Below are positions 1-8,168 of a DNA stretch of 34,962 nucleotides, one piece after another. The position numbers were made by a program, and so were the translations under genes. The DNA is taken from the NCBI GenBank assembly GCA_039196385.1, contig JBCCUW010000001.1, positions 1 through 34,962 of the forward strand. The letters are read 5' to 3'. The notes beneath the pieces were generated by a model that was not told the DNA's origin, did not search any database, and saw only the letters and a program-made list of their open reading frames with translations. How positions within the stretch are numbered: position 1 is the stretch's first letter; the number at the start of each line of letters is the position of its first letter. This stretch comes from Pseudomonadota bacterium (GTDB lineage: Bacteria > Pseudomonadota > Gammaproteobacteria > Pseudomonadales > Azotimanducaceae).

Positions 1-105
1 TGACGAGACACTTTATTCCATTTTTTCGAGGTATTTCTATGCGATTCTCGTACATAAACATCAGGTTGAGATTGCTTTTAATCAAATTAAAAAACAATTG
101 TAACT

Positions 106-195
106 ATGGGCAGACCCGCCACAGACTTTGTCGAGTACGCCCGTAAAGCTGCCGCCACAGGCGTGTGGCAGCGGCAGAACGGCGAGGTAGCGTAA
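106..195 (+). pseudogene. C-terminal remnant of an NmrA-like NAD(P)H-binding protein
   Basis: Reads MGRPATDFVEYARKAAATGVWQRQNGEVA*. This resembles the '(L)GRPxxDFxxYAxxAAAxGVW' tail of the NmrA-like proteins that usually precede DUF1772 genes. The TAA overlaps the DUF1772 ATG (TAATG). There is an in-frame TAA at 88-90 and AT-rich unrelated sequence upstream. Confidence 0.65.
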
Positions 196-683
196 TGGAA
201 AGTCTGACGATGCAGATCTTGATCTGGGTTGTGGCGGTGTCCAGTGGACTGATGTCAGGTACCTACCTGGCATTCTCCGCCTTTATCATGCGCGCCCTGG
301 ATGACCTTGAAACAGGACAGGCGGTAACCGCGATGAATGCAATCAACACAGTAATCCTGAAGTCTGTGTTTATGCCGCTGTTTTTCGGGTCCACGCTGGC
401 GGCACTTCTGTTAACGTTTGTCAGCCTGCGTTTCTGGGCACATGAACCCGAAATTGCTGCACTTGGATTAGCGGCTGGTGTGCTCTACGTTGTCGGTATG
501 TTCGTCATCACAGCGATTGCTAACGTGCCCCTGAACAACCAGCTTCTAAAAACAAACGACACAGCGCAGGACGCCGGAGCCGCCTGGCAGGTTTATCGTC
601 TTAAATGGACGCGCTGGAACACGGTACGCACAGTGGCATCAACAGGCACCGTGATCATCTGTCTGGTCATGCTGTCCGCTTAA
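195..683 (+). CDS. DUF1772 / anthrone oxygenase family membrane protein
   Basis: Four hydrophobic segments. Motifs GxxxAFSxFIMxAL, AMNAIN, NVPLNN and W..W.RWN.VRT. GAGG SD before ATG 195. Confidence 0.85.
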   Translation: MESLTMQILIWVVAVSSGLMSGTYLAFSAFIMRALDDLETGQAVTAMNAINTVILKSVFMPLFFGSTLAALLLTFVSLRFWAHEPEIAALGLAAGVLYVVGMFVITAIANVPLNNQLLKTNDTAQDAGAAWQVYRLKWTRWNTVRTVASTGTVIICLVMLSA

Positions 684-690
684 TAAAGGC

Positions 691-711
691 AGTGGCGGTA
701 GCACCGCCACT
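691..711 (+). terminator. Hairpin downstream of the DUF1772 gene
   Basis: AGTGGCGGT-agc-ACCGCCACT, a perfect 9-bp stem 8 nt after the stop. The U-tract is weak. Confidence 0.5.
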
Positions 712-794
712 ATTCGCACTAGTGGCCATTTTCTCCTATCCCTGTTCTCGATGGCGCCCGAGAATAGCCATGTCACCGCCACCTGCGAATTATC

Positions 795-2723
795 ATGTGT
801 ACATTTCGCTTTCTTGTCATCGCCATATGCATTTCGTGCAGCTTGCCTGGGATAGCGCAAGCGGCTTCGACCCCTGCTGAGCAAATCAACGCCAGCACAA
901 ACGGAGGTGCTACGCCCTGGACCAGCCTGCAACCACCCGACAACCCGACTGATTTTTATTTTGCCATCGTTTCGGATCGGACCGGCGGTCTTCGGCAAGG
1001 CGTGTTCAGCAAAGCGGTAGAAAAGCTCAATCTGCTTGAGCCGGCCTTTGTGGTCAGTGTGGGAGATTTCATCGAAGGTTATTCAGAAAATCCCGTTCAA
1101 CTGAATGCTGAATGGGACGAGTTTGAGGGATTTATCGAAGGCTTGGAAACACCATTTTTCTATACGCCCGGTAATCATGATATGAGCAATGCGCTGATGG
1201 CGGACATCTGGCAACAACGCTTCGGCCCTTCTTTTTACCACTTTGTTTACAAGGACGTACTCTTCTTAAGCCTGAACTCAGAACTGTTCGGCATGGTGGA
1301 AGATCCGGACACGGCAGTTCCCGGACCCTGGCTGCAAGAACAGCAGATGGAATTTGTTCGCAAAGTACTGCATGAACACGAGCACGCGCGGTGGACGGTT
1401 GTGCTGGTGCATCAACCCTTATGGGACCCCGCACCAAACCGGCAGATCAATCCGGACTGGCTGATCGTCGAAGAACTGCTGGGAACGCGCAACTACACCG
1501 TGTTTGCCGGGCACTATCATCGCTACGCCAAGACCCGTCGCCATAATCGCTCTTTCATTACGCTGGCTACTACCGGTGGTGTCAGTCCACTGCGCGGTGC
1601 CCAGTGGGGTGAGTTTGATCATGTCACGCTGGTTAAAATGACAGATCCGGGGCTGCGCATCGCCAATCTTGTCCTCGACGGCATCCTGGACGAGGATGTC
1701 TCAACGCAGGCGTCGCTGTACCGCCTGGATCAATTGCAGCACGCTGTGGTGGCTAAACCTGTACTCAACGATCAGGCAAACTTCACTCGAGGAAGTTTCG
1801 ACATCGAAGTGCATAACCCGCTGTCCACCACGCTGCGGGTCGAAGGGGAAGTGCTGGAAGCCACTAATTTTCAGATTGATGGCCTGGAGCCTATGGATGT
1901 TGGCTCAGGCGAAACAGCATCGCTGAGCCTTGCTGTGTGGAGCCAGGAGCCCATCCCCTACAAAGCGTTGCAAACCACTGCTGTGCGCTGGACCCTTACT
2001 TCGCAAGCGAGTGCAGAAGAGGCCGCACCGGACACAGGTCGAAACGCTCTGCAGGTTGAGACGGTGACCCCGGTGTTGCCGTTGACTGCGCATCGCATAG
2101 GTAGCATCGAAGATCCCATACAAGTTGATGGCAGACTCGACGAGTGGCCCATCCTCAGCTATCAGGTGAATCGACAAGGTGATGTGGCCAGCCCCGCTAC
2201 CGAAGCAGACGATATTTCATTCAGCTTTGAGGTCAAAACCGGAGACGATGCTTTATACATCGCTGCTGCGGTTGTCGACGACGATATCGTGGCAACACCA
2301 GATCTGCTGGCCCGCTTACAGGATTCAGTCGCAATTTCGATCGATACCCGTCCAGATGCACAACGAAATCAAAACCTGCCCGTTGTTCCAGCGATTGTGG
2401 ATGGCTTTTACGGCAAAGCCGTCGTGCAGATACTGGCCCCCAGAGGATCCGCATCAGATACGTTTATTGAGGCACTGGACAGGTGGGCTGAACAGGTTCG
2501 TTCTGCGGTAACAGAGTCATCCACCGGGTACTCGCTTGAACTGGCCATACCACACAGTGTATTGGACAAGATTGCCGGAAAGCGCTGGAAACACGCCCGT
2601 ATTGGTATACGCGCTTACGATCTAGATCGTGACGATCCCACTATCCGTACCCTTCACTGGCAGCCGTACCGCTACGGGAATGCGCCTCTGACCGGCAGCC
2701 ATGCGTTTATACGTCGCGATTGA
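795..2723 (+). CDS. Secreted calcineurin-like metallophosphoesterase with a C-terminal CBM9/DOMON-like sugar-binding domain
   Basis: Signal peptide (AQA). Motifs SDRTGG, GDFIEG, GNHD, HQP and GHYH. C-terminal IQVDGRLDEW ... LYIAAAVVDD ... DSVAISID ... GYSLELAIP pattern is typical of CBM9-like domains. Confidence 0.8.
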   Translation: MCTFRFLVIAICISCSLPGIAQAASTPAEQINASTNGGATPWTSLQPPDNPTDFYFAIVSDRTGGLRQGVFSKAVEKLNLLEPAFVVSVGDFIEGYSENPVQLNAEWDEFEGFIEGLETPFFYTPGNHDMSNALMADIWQQRFGPSFYHFVYKDVLFLSLNSELFGMVEDPDTAVPGPWLQEQQMEFVRKVLHEHEHARWTVVLVHQPLWDPAPNRQINPDWLIVEELLGTRNYTVFAGHYHRYAKTRRHNRSFITLATTGGVSPLRGAQWGEFDHVTLVKMTDPGLRIANLVLDGILDEDVSTQASLYRLDQLQHAVVAKPVLNDQANFTRGSFDIEVHNPLSTTLRVEGEVLEATNFQIDGLEPMDVGSGETASLSLAVWSQEPIPYKALQTTAVRWTLTSQASAEEAAPDTGRNALQVETVTPVLPLTAHRIGSIEDPIQVDGRLDEWPILSYQVNRQGDVASPATEADDISFSFEVKTGDDALYIAAAVVDDDIVATPDLLARLQDSVAISIDTRPDAQRNQNLPVVPAIVDGFYGKAVVQILAPRGSASDTFIEALDRWAEQVRSAVTESSTGYSLELAIPHSVLDKIAGKRWKHARIGIRAYDLDRDDPTIRTLHWQPYRYGNAPLTGSHAFIRRD

Positions 2724-3645
2724 ACGTTCCCTTTTTACGCGCGTGGTTACGCGCCTGCCAGTCTGGAAAGCGGATAACAGCTGCAGGGGGCTTCATATAG
2801 TGGGACAGCGCCGTGCCGGTCCAATAGCTATGCTCCATCTGATGCAGCGATTGCAGATCAGAGAAATAACGGTGCGGAGACAGGCCAACCAGTGACTTAA
2901 ATTCGCGAATCCAGTGCGATTGATCTGCGAAACCTTCTACCGCATCGTCAGGCAGTCCGCGGCCACGTAAAGTATCCAGGCGTTTGTGCAGGCGCAGGAC
3001 GCGCGCGCACTCTTTGGGTGACATGCCAACATGCGCATGGAACAGGCGGTTCAATGTACGATGCGACACACCTACACGGCGGCTGATATCACCGATATTT
3101 GTTTCCCCATGACAGAAGCTGAGTTGTGCGTAAGCGTCCAGAAAGTTACCTGATGCTCGCGTGGCATCCGCCAGTCGCTGCCGCAAAGCCCGGCTCAGTA
3201 ACGCCACTCTCTGGGAAAAATCCGCTTGCCAGATTTGCGCAGCCAGCGCTTCAGTCTCGGGCCAGACCACACCCAGGTTAATCCGCAGGTCGCGAAAATC
3301 AGCAACGTCATGACCAAACAGGTGACGTGCTGCTGTGGGCAATATAGTCGCCCCAAAAGAAACCTGGTCGCCCAGATAAAGACCTTTGCGATGCGCAGAC
3401 GTGGAAGGTCCGTACAGCAACGCCAGCAGCCGATCATCAAAGATCATAAACCGAATACGCAGCAGGTCTGTGGCATACAACTGACTGGGCACAACATCTG
3501 CAGAGTCCCGTACGGCGATCTGCCAGAAGTCCAGCACATAGTCAGCCAGGTCAATTGCGGGTTCCGCCTCGGAATAACTCATCCGTTGAGGCAGTAGCTG
3601 TGCGCTGCTGTGTACGGGTTTAGTTCGAAGGGATGACCAATTCAT
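2707..3645 (-). CDS. AraC-family transcriptional regulator (DUF6597-type N-terminus)
   Basis: C-terminal HTH: VGVSHRTLNRLFHAHVGMSPKECARVLR ... GFADQSHWIREFKSLVGLSP. Start could be 3645 or 3669. Confidence 0.8.
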   Translation of the reverse strand: MNWSSLRTKPVHSSAQLLPQRMSYSEAEPAIDLADYVLDFWQIAVRDSADVVPSQLYATDLLRIRFMIFDDRLLALLYGPSTSAHRKGLYLGDQVSFGATILPTAARHLFGHDVADFRDLRINLGVVWPETEALAAQIWQADFSQRVALLSRALRQRLADATRASGNFLDAYAQLSFCHGETNIGDISRRVGVSHRTLNRLFHAHVGMSPKECARVLRLHKRLDTLRGRGLPDDAVEGFADQSHWIREFKSLVGLSPHRYFSDLQSLHQMEHSYWTGTALSHYMKPPAAVIRFPDWQARNHARKKGTFNRDV

Positions 3646-3702
3646 TCTATTATCGCGTCTCAAACTCAAGTCTAATTTGCGTTTTTATCGTAACCCAAGC
3701 AG

Positions 3703-4644
3703 ATGTCAGAAGATCTGAAATATATTTCAGAGCCAATACCACTCTGGCTCAGGGAGACTCTATCAGTCCCACGCACCAGCACAACTGTCATGTCAGACGG
3801 CTGCCCCATCCACTACTTTACATGGGGCAATAGAGCCAACCCTGCTCTGGTATTTCTCCACGGCCGCATGTCGCACGCCCGCTGCTGGGGATTCATTGCG
3901 CCGGCTCTGGCAGATCAATACTACTGTATTGCGCTGGACCTTTCGGGCATGGGTGACTCCGGGCACCGGGATACCTATACCTACGCACACCGGGCGCGAG
4001 AAGTGCTTGCGGTGATCAGACATGCAGGCGTTTCCACCCATCCCGCCAAGCCACTGCTGGTGACCCACAGCTATGGGGCTGTGGTTGCACTGCAAGCGCA
4101 CGCGCTGGCGCCAGAGGGTTTTGCCGGGCTGATCGCCAGTGACCCTTCACTGCATCATCCAGATACCTGGAACAGCCTCACCCCGCGGACTGATGGGCCC
4201 GCGCTCGATCGCCCACATCGCACCCACGCAAGTATCGACACCATAGTTAACCGTTTTGCTTTCGCCCCTCCACAGCCTTGCAGTTATCCGGTACTGAAGG
4301 AATACATAGCTGTCCACTCAGCACGCGAGGTTGATGCGGGGTGGCAATGGAAATTTGATCCCTGGGTCTATTCACCCAGGGAGGAGGGGCATAACGACTG
4401 GTGGTTAACTCATACTCGAGATCTGGTGAGCCGTGACCTGCACAAAATTATCATTTACGCTGAGAACAGCGAGTTCACAGGCACTGACACAACCAATAGC
4501 GTGGCCGCCCTGTCCGAGACCATTGTCAACACTGTGGGTATTGAGGATGCCTACCACCACCTGATGGTGGACCAGCCAGAGCAATTGGTAGATTCACTCA
4601 GAAGCAGCGCCAACCAATTGCTGCGTCTGGACGCCAGTGGCTGA
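3703..4644 (+). CDS. Alpha/beta fold hydrolase
   Basis: FLHG oxyanion motif, ALDLSGMGDS, nucleophile elbow THSYG, catalytic His in AYHHLMVDQP. Confidence 0.85.
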   Translation: MSEDLKYISEPIPLWLRETLSVPRTSTTVMSDGCPIHYFTWGNRANPALVFLHGRMSHARCWGFIAPALADQYYCIALDLSGMGDSGHRDTYTYAHRAREVLAVIRHAGVSTHPAKPLLVTHSYGAVVALQAHALAPEGFAGLIASDPSLHHPDTWNSLTPRTDGPALDRPHRTHASIDTIVNRFAFAPPQPCSYPVLKEYIAVHSAREVDAGWQWKFDPWVYSPREEGHNDWWLTHTRDLVSRDLHKIIIYAENSEFTGTDTTNSVAALSETIVNTVGIEDAYHHLMVDQPEQLVDSLRSSANQLLRLDASG

Positions 4645-4655
4645 GTATCTTGTTA

Positions 4656-6083
4656 TCAAGAACCCGACGGTAAGTGATGCAGTTCCAGGCCTATGGCCTG
4701 CCGGCGCTTGAAGCCTTTCCAATACTGCTCAGAGTCTCCCGTACCGTCCGCGTATTGGTCGCTGAAATCCGCCCCAAATGACTGCGGCCATTCAGCATTG
4801 TTGGATAGAACGGATGGCACGTCAAAGTAGCTGGAGCGTTCCGCAATACCCTTCAAGTGCCAATCCAGGAACGCAGCAACAAAATGCGCGCCCACACTCA
4901 ACAGGCGCTCGCGACGCCAGGTGGGGTCTTCAAAGGTCATCCAGCTACGCACATCAAGGTGGGCCGAAGGGGGTGCGGGTACTTGCACCAGATTGTGTTG
5001 CGCATTCTGGTAAACCAGCAGATATCGGTCTGCACCAGTTGCTGACTTAAATATTCTACGAATACCCAGTTCATAGTCCGACACATCGTCCTGATCACCG
5101 GCAAAAACCAGCAATGGCGCCCGCACATTGGCAAGCGCAGTATCTGACCACACATCGTCCGGCTTGCCTCCCCAGGGAGCAAAAGCAATCACCGCATCGA
5201 TGTGACTGCGATCCTGTTCTCTGAACTCCACAGCACTTTCGAGCTGCGCGGCCATGGCCGCTGAGGGCACAATATCAAATGCCCCACCTTCGGGGTCAAA
5301 CCCTGCCCCGGCATGGCCAAGCACACCGTAGCCACCCATCGAAAAACCCATCAGACCAATCGCGTCCAGATTTATTATGTGGCCAAGATCGTCACTGTCG
5401 GGTGGCGCTTGTCCACCGCTTTCCGTTTGACCCGCAATCACGCGCATTTCCTGCAGAATGCGTTGCTGATCCAGCACACGGTTCAGTAAAACCCTGGCAA
5501 ACAGATGGACAGGTGTGGCAGGTTCGTCCTGCGCATCGCGATGATCAATCACCGCAACAACATAACCTTTGCTTGCCAGGTTCTCCGTTATGCCGGACAG
5601 CACACCGGGACTGTTCAGCAGACCATGGGAAACGATGACCAGGGGGAACTGCTGGTTTTCCACCACAGGCGCATCGCGCACCGCAAGACCCTGAATCTGG
5701 AACGTATCCGGCAGACCCTGGATGTCCGTCAGCCCCGTATGGTATTGCCCCTGATACACCACATCACTCGCCACCTGGTCTGGCACCTGTGCCGGATACA
5801 GGACGTCCACACTTAATTGCCTTGTCCAGCGGGGAAAGTCAGCCCCCAGAACACTGGCAACACTGACGTCTGGCGCCTGCGGATACGCGAACTCGTACGT
5901 TCGTACGCCCACCCGATAAGGGCCCGGATGCGCCAGTTCAGGTGCGTCATCACCGGGGACCGCCGCAAACGTCAGGCTGCTGATGGTGGTAGCATCGGAG
6001 GTTGTTGCCGATTCCTGGCATCCTGCCAGAACCAACAACACCCACCACCAGGCAAAGAACGGGACGCGCGGCTCACTCCGCAT
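4656..6083 (-). CDS. Lipoprotein alpha/beta hydrolase (dienelactone hydrolase / PAF-acetylhydrolase-like)
   Basis: Lipobox LAG-C. Motifs PGPYRVGVR, FPLVIVSHG, GFSMGG, GDQDDVS and AQHN (Ser-Asp-His triad). Confidence 0.8.
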   Translation of the reverse strand: MRSEPRVPFFAWWWVLLVLAGCQESATTSDATTISSLTFAAVPGDDAPELAHPGPYRVGVRTYEFAYPQAPDVSVASVLGADFPRWTRQLSVDVLYPAQVPDQVASDVVYQGQYHTGLTDIQGLPDTFQIQGLAVRDAPVVENQQFPLVIVSHGLLNSPGVLSGITENLASKGYVVAVIDHRDAQDEPATPVHLFARVLLNRVLDQQRILQEMRVIAGQTESGGQAPPDSDDLGHIINLDAIGLMGFSMGGYGVLGHAGAGFDPEGGAFDIVPSAAMAAQLESAVEFREQDRSHIDAVIAFAPWGGKPDDVWSDTALANVRAPLLVFAGDQDDVSDYELGIRRIFKSATGADRYLLVYQNAQHNLVQVPAPPSAHLDVRSWMTFEDPTWRRERLLSVGAHFVAAFLDWHLKGIAERSSYFDVPSVLSNNAEWPQSFGADFSDQYADGTGDSEQYWKGFKRRQAIGLELHHLPSGS

Positions 6084-6109
6084 TATGGACAACCTGCCGC
6101 AGTGACCGC

Positions 6110-7285
6110 TCAGGCTGCGGGTAAGCCCAGAAAATCTTCGTAGTTCCTGGTGTAGAAATGATCCAACTCCTCGGGAGTGGCCGCGACCTTATCCAGACTG
6201 CGTTCAAAGTCACCAAACGGGTCGCGCCCGCCTTCCGGGTGCGGATAATCGGTGTTGAACATCAGAATGTCCTTGCCCACATTACGCAGAATCCAACCCG
6301 TATCCTCCGTATGCAAGGGCGCCACTCGAACCTGTCGTTGCACGTACTCCGAGGGTTTCAAAGACAATTTTTTCAGCTTTTCGTCAAACTTGCCGAGCAA
6401 CGATACCCCCATATCGAGATTCATCAACGACGCAGGCAACCAGTTGGCCCCCAACTCGACAAAACCGATCTGCAGTTGTGGATGGCGCTCAAGTACGCCG
6501 TCGTAGATCATACAAGTCAGCCAACGCTCGATCGAATGATGAACAACCGGCAAGTCTTTGGGGCGCGTCGTTTCCAGATTTGAGGCGTTGGGATCGTCAT
6601 TGACCGGTTCGCCCACGTTCATATACGCGGATGGCATGTTCTGGCCACTGCCGATATGCAGGGTGGCGGGTACACCGGCTTCCTGCAGCATTGCCCAGAT
6701 TGGATCGTAGCTGTAATGGGAGGGCGCACGACCTTCCACCGCATCGGAACCAAGCCACATGGCCTTAATCCCCAAATCCAGCGCCAGCTTCAAGCTGGCA
6801 ACCGCACGTTCCGGGTCTCGATGCGAAAGGTAACCTACCGGTAGCAATCTGGGGTCATCTGCGCAGAAGTCTACCATGGCTCGATTTAGCGCATCACAGC
6901 CGCCATACACCACGTCCATATCGCTGTGGCGCGCAAATCGCGACGCGGCCAGGGTCGGAAAAACCAGCTGTGTTGCCAGCCCCATCAAATCGAGGCACTC
7001 GCTGCGTTCGACTTTGTCAGTAGCCCCATATGCCAGCCATTGATTGAGTTTGGCTTTGTGGCCAAACAGATTATCTTTCAGCGCCTGGGTCAGCTCGGGG
7101 TCTGCGCCGGCTAATCGTTGGTCCGCCTGTTTCATTAACGGATCCAGCATGGGCAAGTCTAATGAGATGACACCGGGCAGCAGGTTTTCCGCCACGTGCG
7201 CGCTGGCATAGTTCTCCAGCCAGCCACGGGATTCAATCAGATGACTGTCTGCATCGTGCACAGTTCGACCGCTGATATGGGACAT
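6110..7285 (-). CDS. Amidohydrolase family 2 protein
   Basis: Motifs HDADSH, LHIG, GVLERHPQL..GFVELG and FNTDYPHPEG. AAGGAG SD. Confidence 0.88.
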   Translation of the reverse strand: MSHISGRTVHDADSHLIESRGWLENYASAHVAENLLPGVISLDLPMLDPLMKQADQRLAGADPELTQALKDNLFGHKAKLNQWLAYGATDKVERSECLDLMGLATQLVFPTLAASRFARHSDMDVVYGGCDALNRAMVDFCADDPRLLPVGYLSHRDPERAVASLKLALDLGIKAMWLGSDAVEGRAPSHYSYDPIWAMLQEAGVPATLHIGSGQNMPSAYMNVGEPVNDDPNASNLETTRPKDLPVVHHSIERWLTCMIYDGVLERHPQLQIGFVELGANWLPASLMNLDMGVSLLGKFDEKLKKLSLKPSEYVQRQVRVAPLHTEDTGWILRNVGKDILMFNTDYPHPEGGRDPFGDFERSLDKVAATPEELDHFYTRNYEDFLGLPAA

Positions 7286-7307
7286 GGATTTGCTCCTTGG
7301 TTCGCCG

Positions 7308-7330
7308 TTATTATAGATACTCTAAAATAA
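7308..7330. promoter_or_regulatory. 23-bp palindromic operator, copy 1 (upstream of the amidohydrolase)
   Basis: TTATTATAGAT-A-CTCTAAAATAA, 9/11 inverted match. Overlaps a candidate minus-strand TTGACG-N18-TAGAGT promoter. Confidence 0.65.
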
Positions 7331-7395
7331 AGCTTTGGGCGGCGTCAAGTGCGCCGGAGCAATCCGAAGCATAGCCGCTGTGTCTGCATATCGGT

Positions 7396-8004
7396 TCAGG
7401 CCGGATCTGAAGCAGCCTGCGACATGCCCGCCATGATGTAACTGAACGCCAGGTCAATGGCCTGCGCGCGGTTCATGCGCCCCAAGGCTGCGTATTGTGC
7501 GGCCGCAATGCTGGCGCCGGAAGACATGCTCACCACCAGCTCTGCCCGTCGCGGTGTGAGGTTGTAGGTGTTGGCTGTTTTGCGCACGAGGTAGCGGGCA
7601 ATCTGTTGACCATGCTTCTCGGACTCTTTGCGAATGGCAATAGCAATCTCAGGCTGGCTCTCCAGAATCGGTATGATGTTGCCCGGCGCGTAGTGATCAA
7701 AGTTACTGACAATGTTCAAACGTACGATCGCTTCAAAGTTCTCTGCAACAGCAACTTCTTCAGTTAAACGCTGCACATAAATATCGTATTCTCGCACCAG
7801 CAAGCTTTGCAAAGTATCGACTCTGCTGTCGAAGTATTTGTAGACCAGCGGACTGGATACTTCAGCGGCACGAGCCAGGGCCTCCAGGCTGAATGCCTGC
7901 AGGCCGTCGCCGATAATCATTTGCTTCGAAACGTCGAGTAGCTGGTTTTTGCGCGCTTCAGGGGTCAGACGCGTCCGGGTTTTCGTCTTTTTGTTCTCTT
8001 TTAT
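7396..8004 (-). CDS. TetR/AcrR-family regulator, start codon atypical
   Basis: HTH: RTRLTPEARKNQLLDVSKQMIIGDGLQAFSLEALARAAEVSSPLVYKYFDSR. The frame is open upstream of ATG 7920 as far as TAA 8011-8013. The candidate start is ATA at 8002-8004, 9 nt after AAGGAG. Confidence 0.75.
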   Translation of the reverse strand: MKENKKTKTRTRLTPEARKNQLLDVSKQMIIGDGLQAFSLEALARAAEVSSPLVYKYFDSRVDTLQSLLVREYDIYVQRLTEEVAVAENFEAIVRLNIVSNFDHYAPGNIIPILESQPEIAIAIRKESEKHGQQIARYLVRKTANTYNLTPRRAELVVSMSSGASIAAAQYAALGRMNRAQAIDLAFSYIMAGMSQAASDPA

Positions 8005-8030
8005 GTCTTTTTACTCCTTTTTCTCTTTAT

Positions 8031-8064
8031 TCATTCGCATTCATTCGCATTCATTTGCATTCAT
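8031..8064. repeat. 10-bp tandem repeat (TCATTCGCAT) x3.4
   Basis: tcattcgcat tcattcgcat tcatttgcat tcat, read directly from the sequence. Confidence 0.9.
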
Positions 8065-8100
8065 ACGCGCGCGCTAGTAAGCCGCAGGTGGCCCTTATTA

Positions 8101-8145
8101 TTGACAGTATAAAATAGAGCGGTTATTTTAGAGACTCTTTATTAA
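8101..8145 (+). promoter_or_regulatory. Sigma70 promoter of the TonB receptor with overlapping operator copy 2
   Basis: TTGACA (8101-8106)-N17-TATTTT (8124-8129). Operator TTATTTTAGAG-A-CTCTTTATTAA at 8123-8145. Confidence 0.7.
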
Positions 8146-8168
8146 GAGATGCATCGTGGAGAGGCTGC

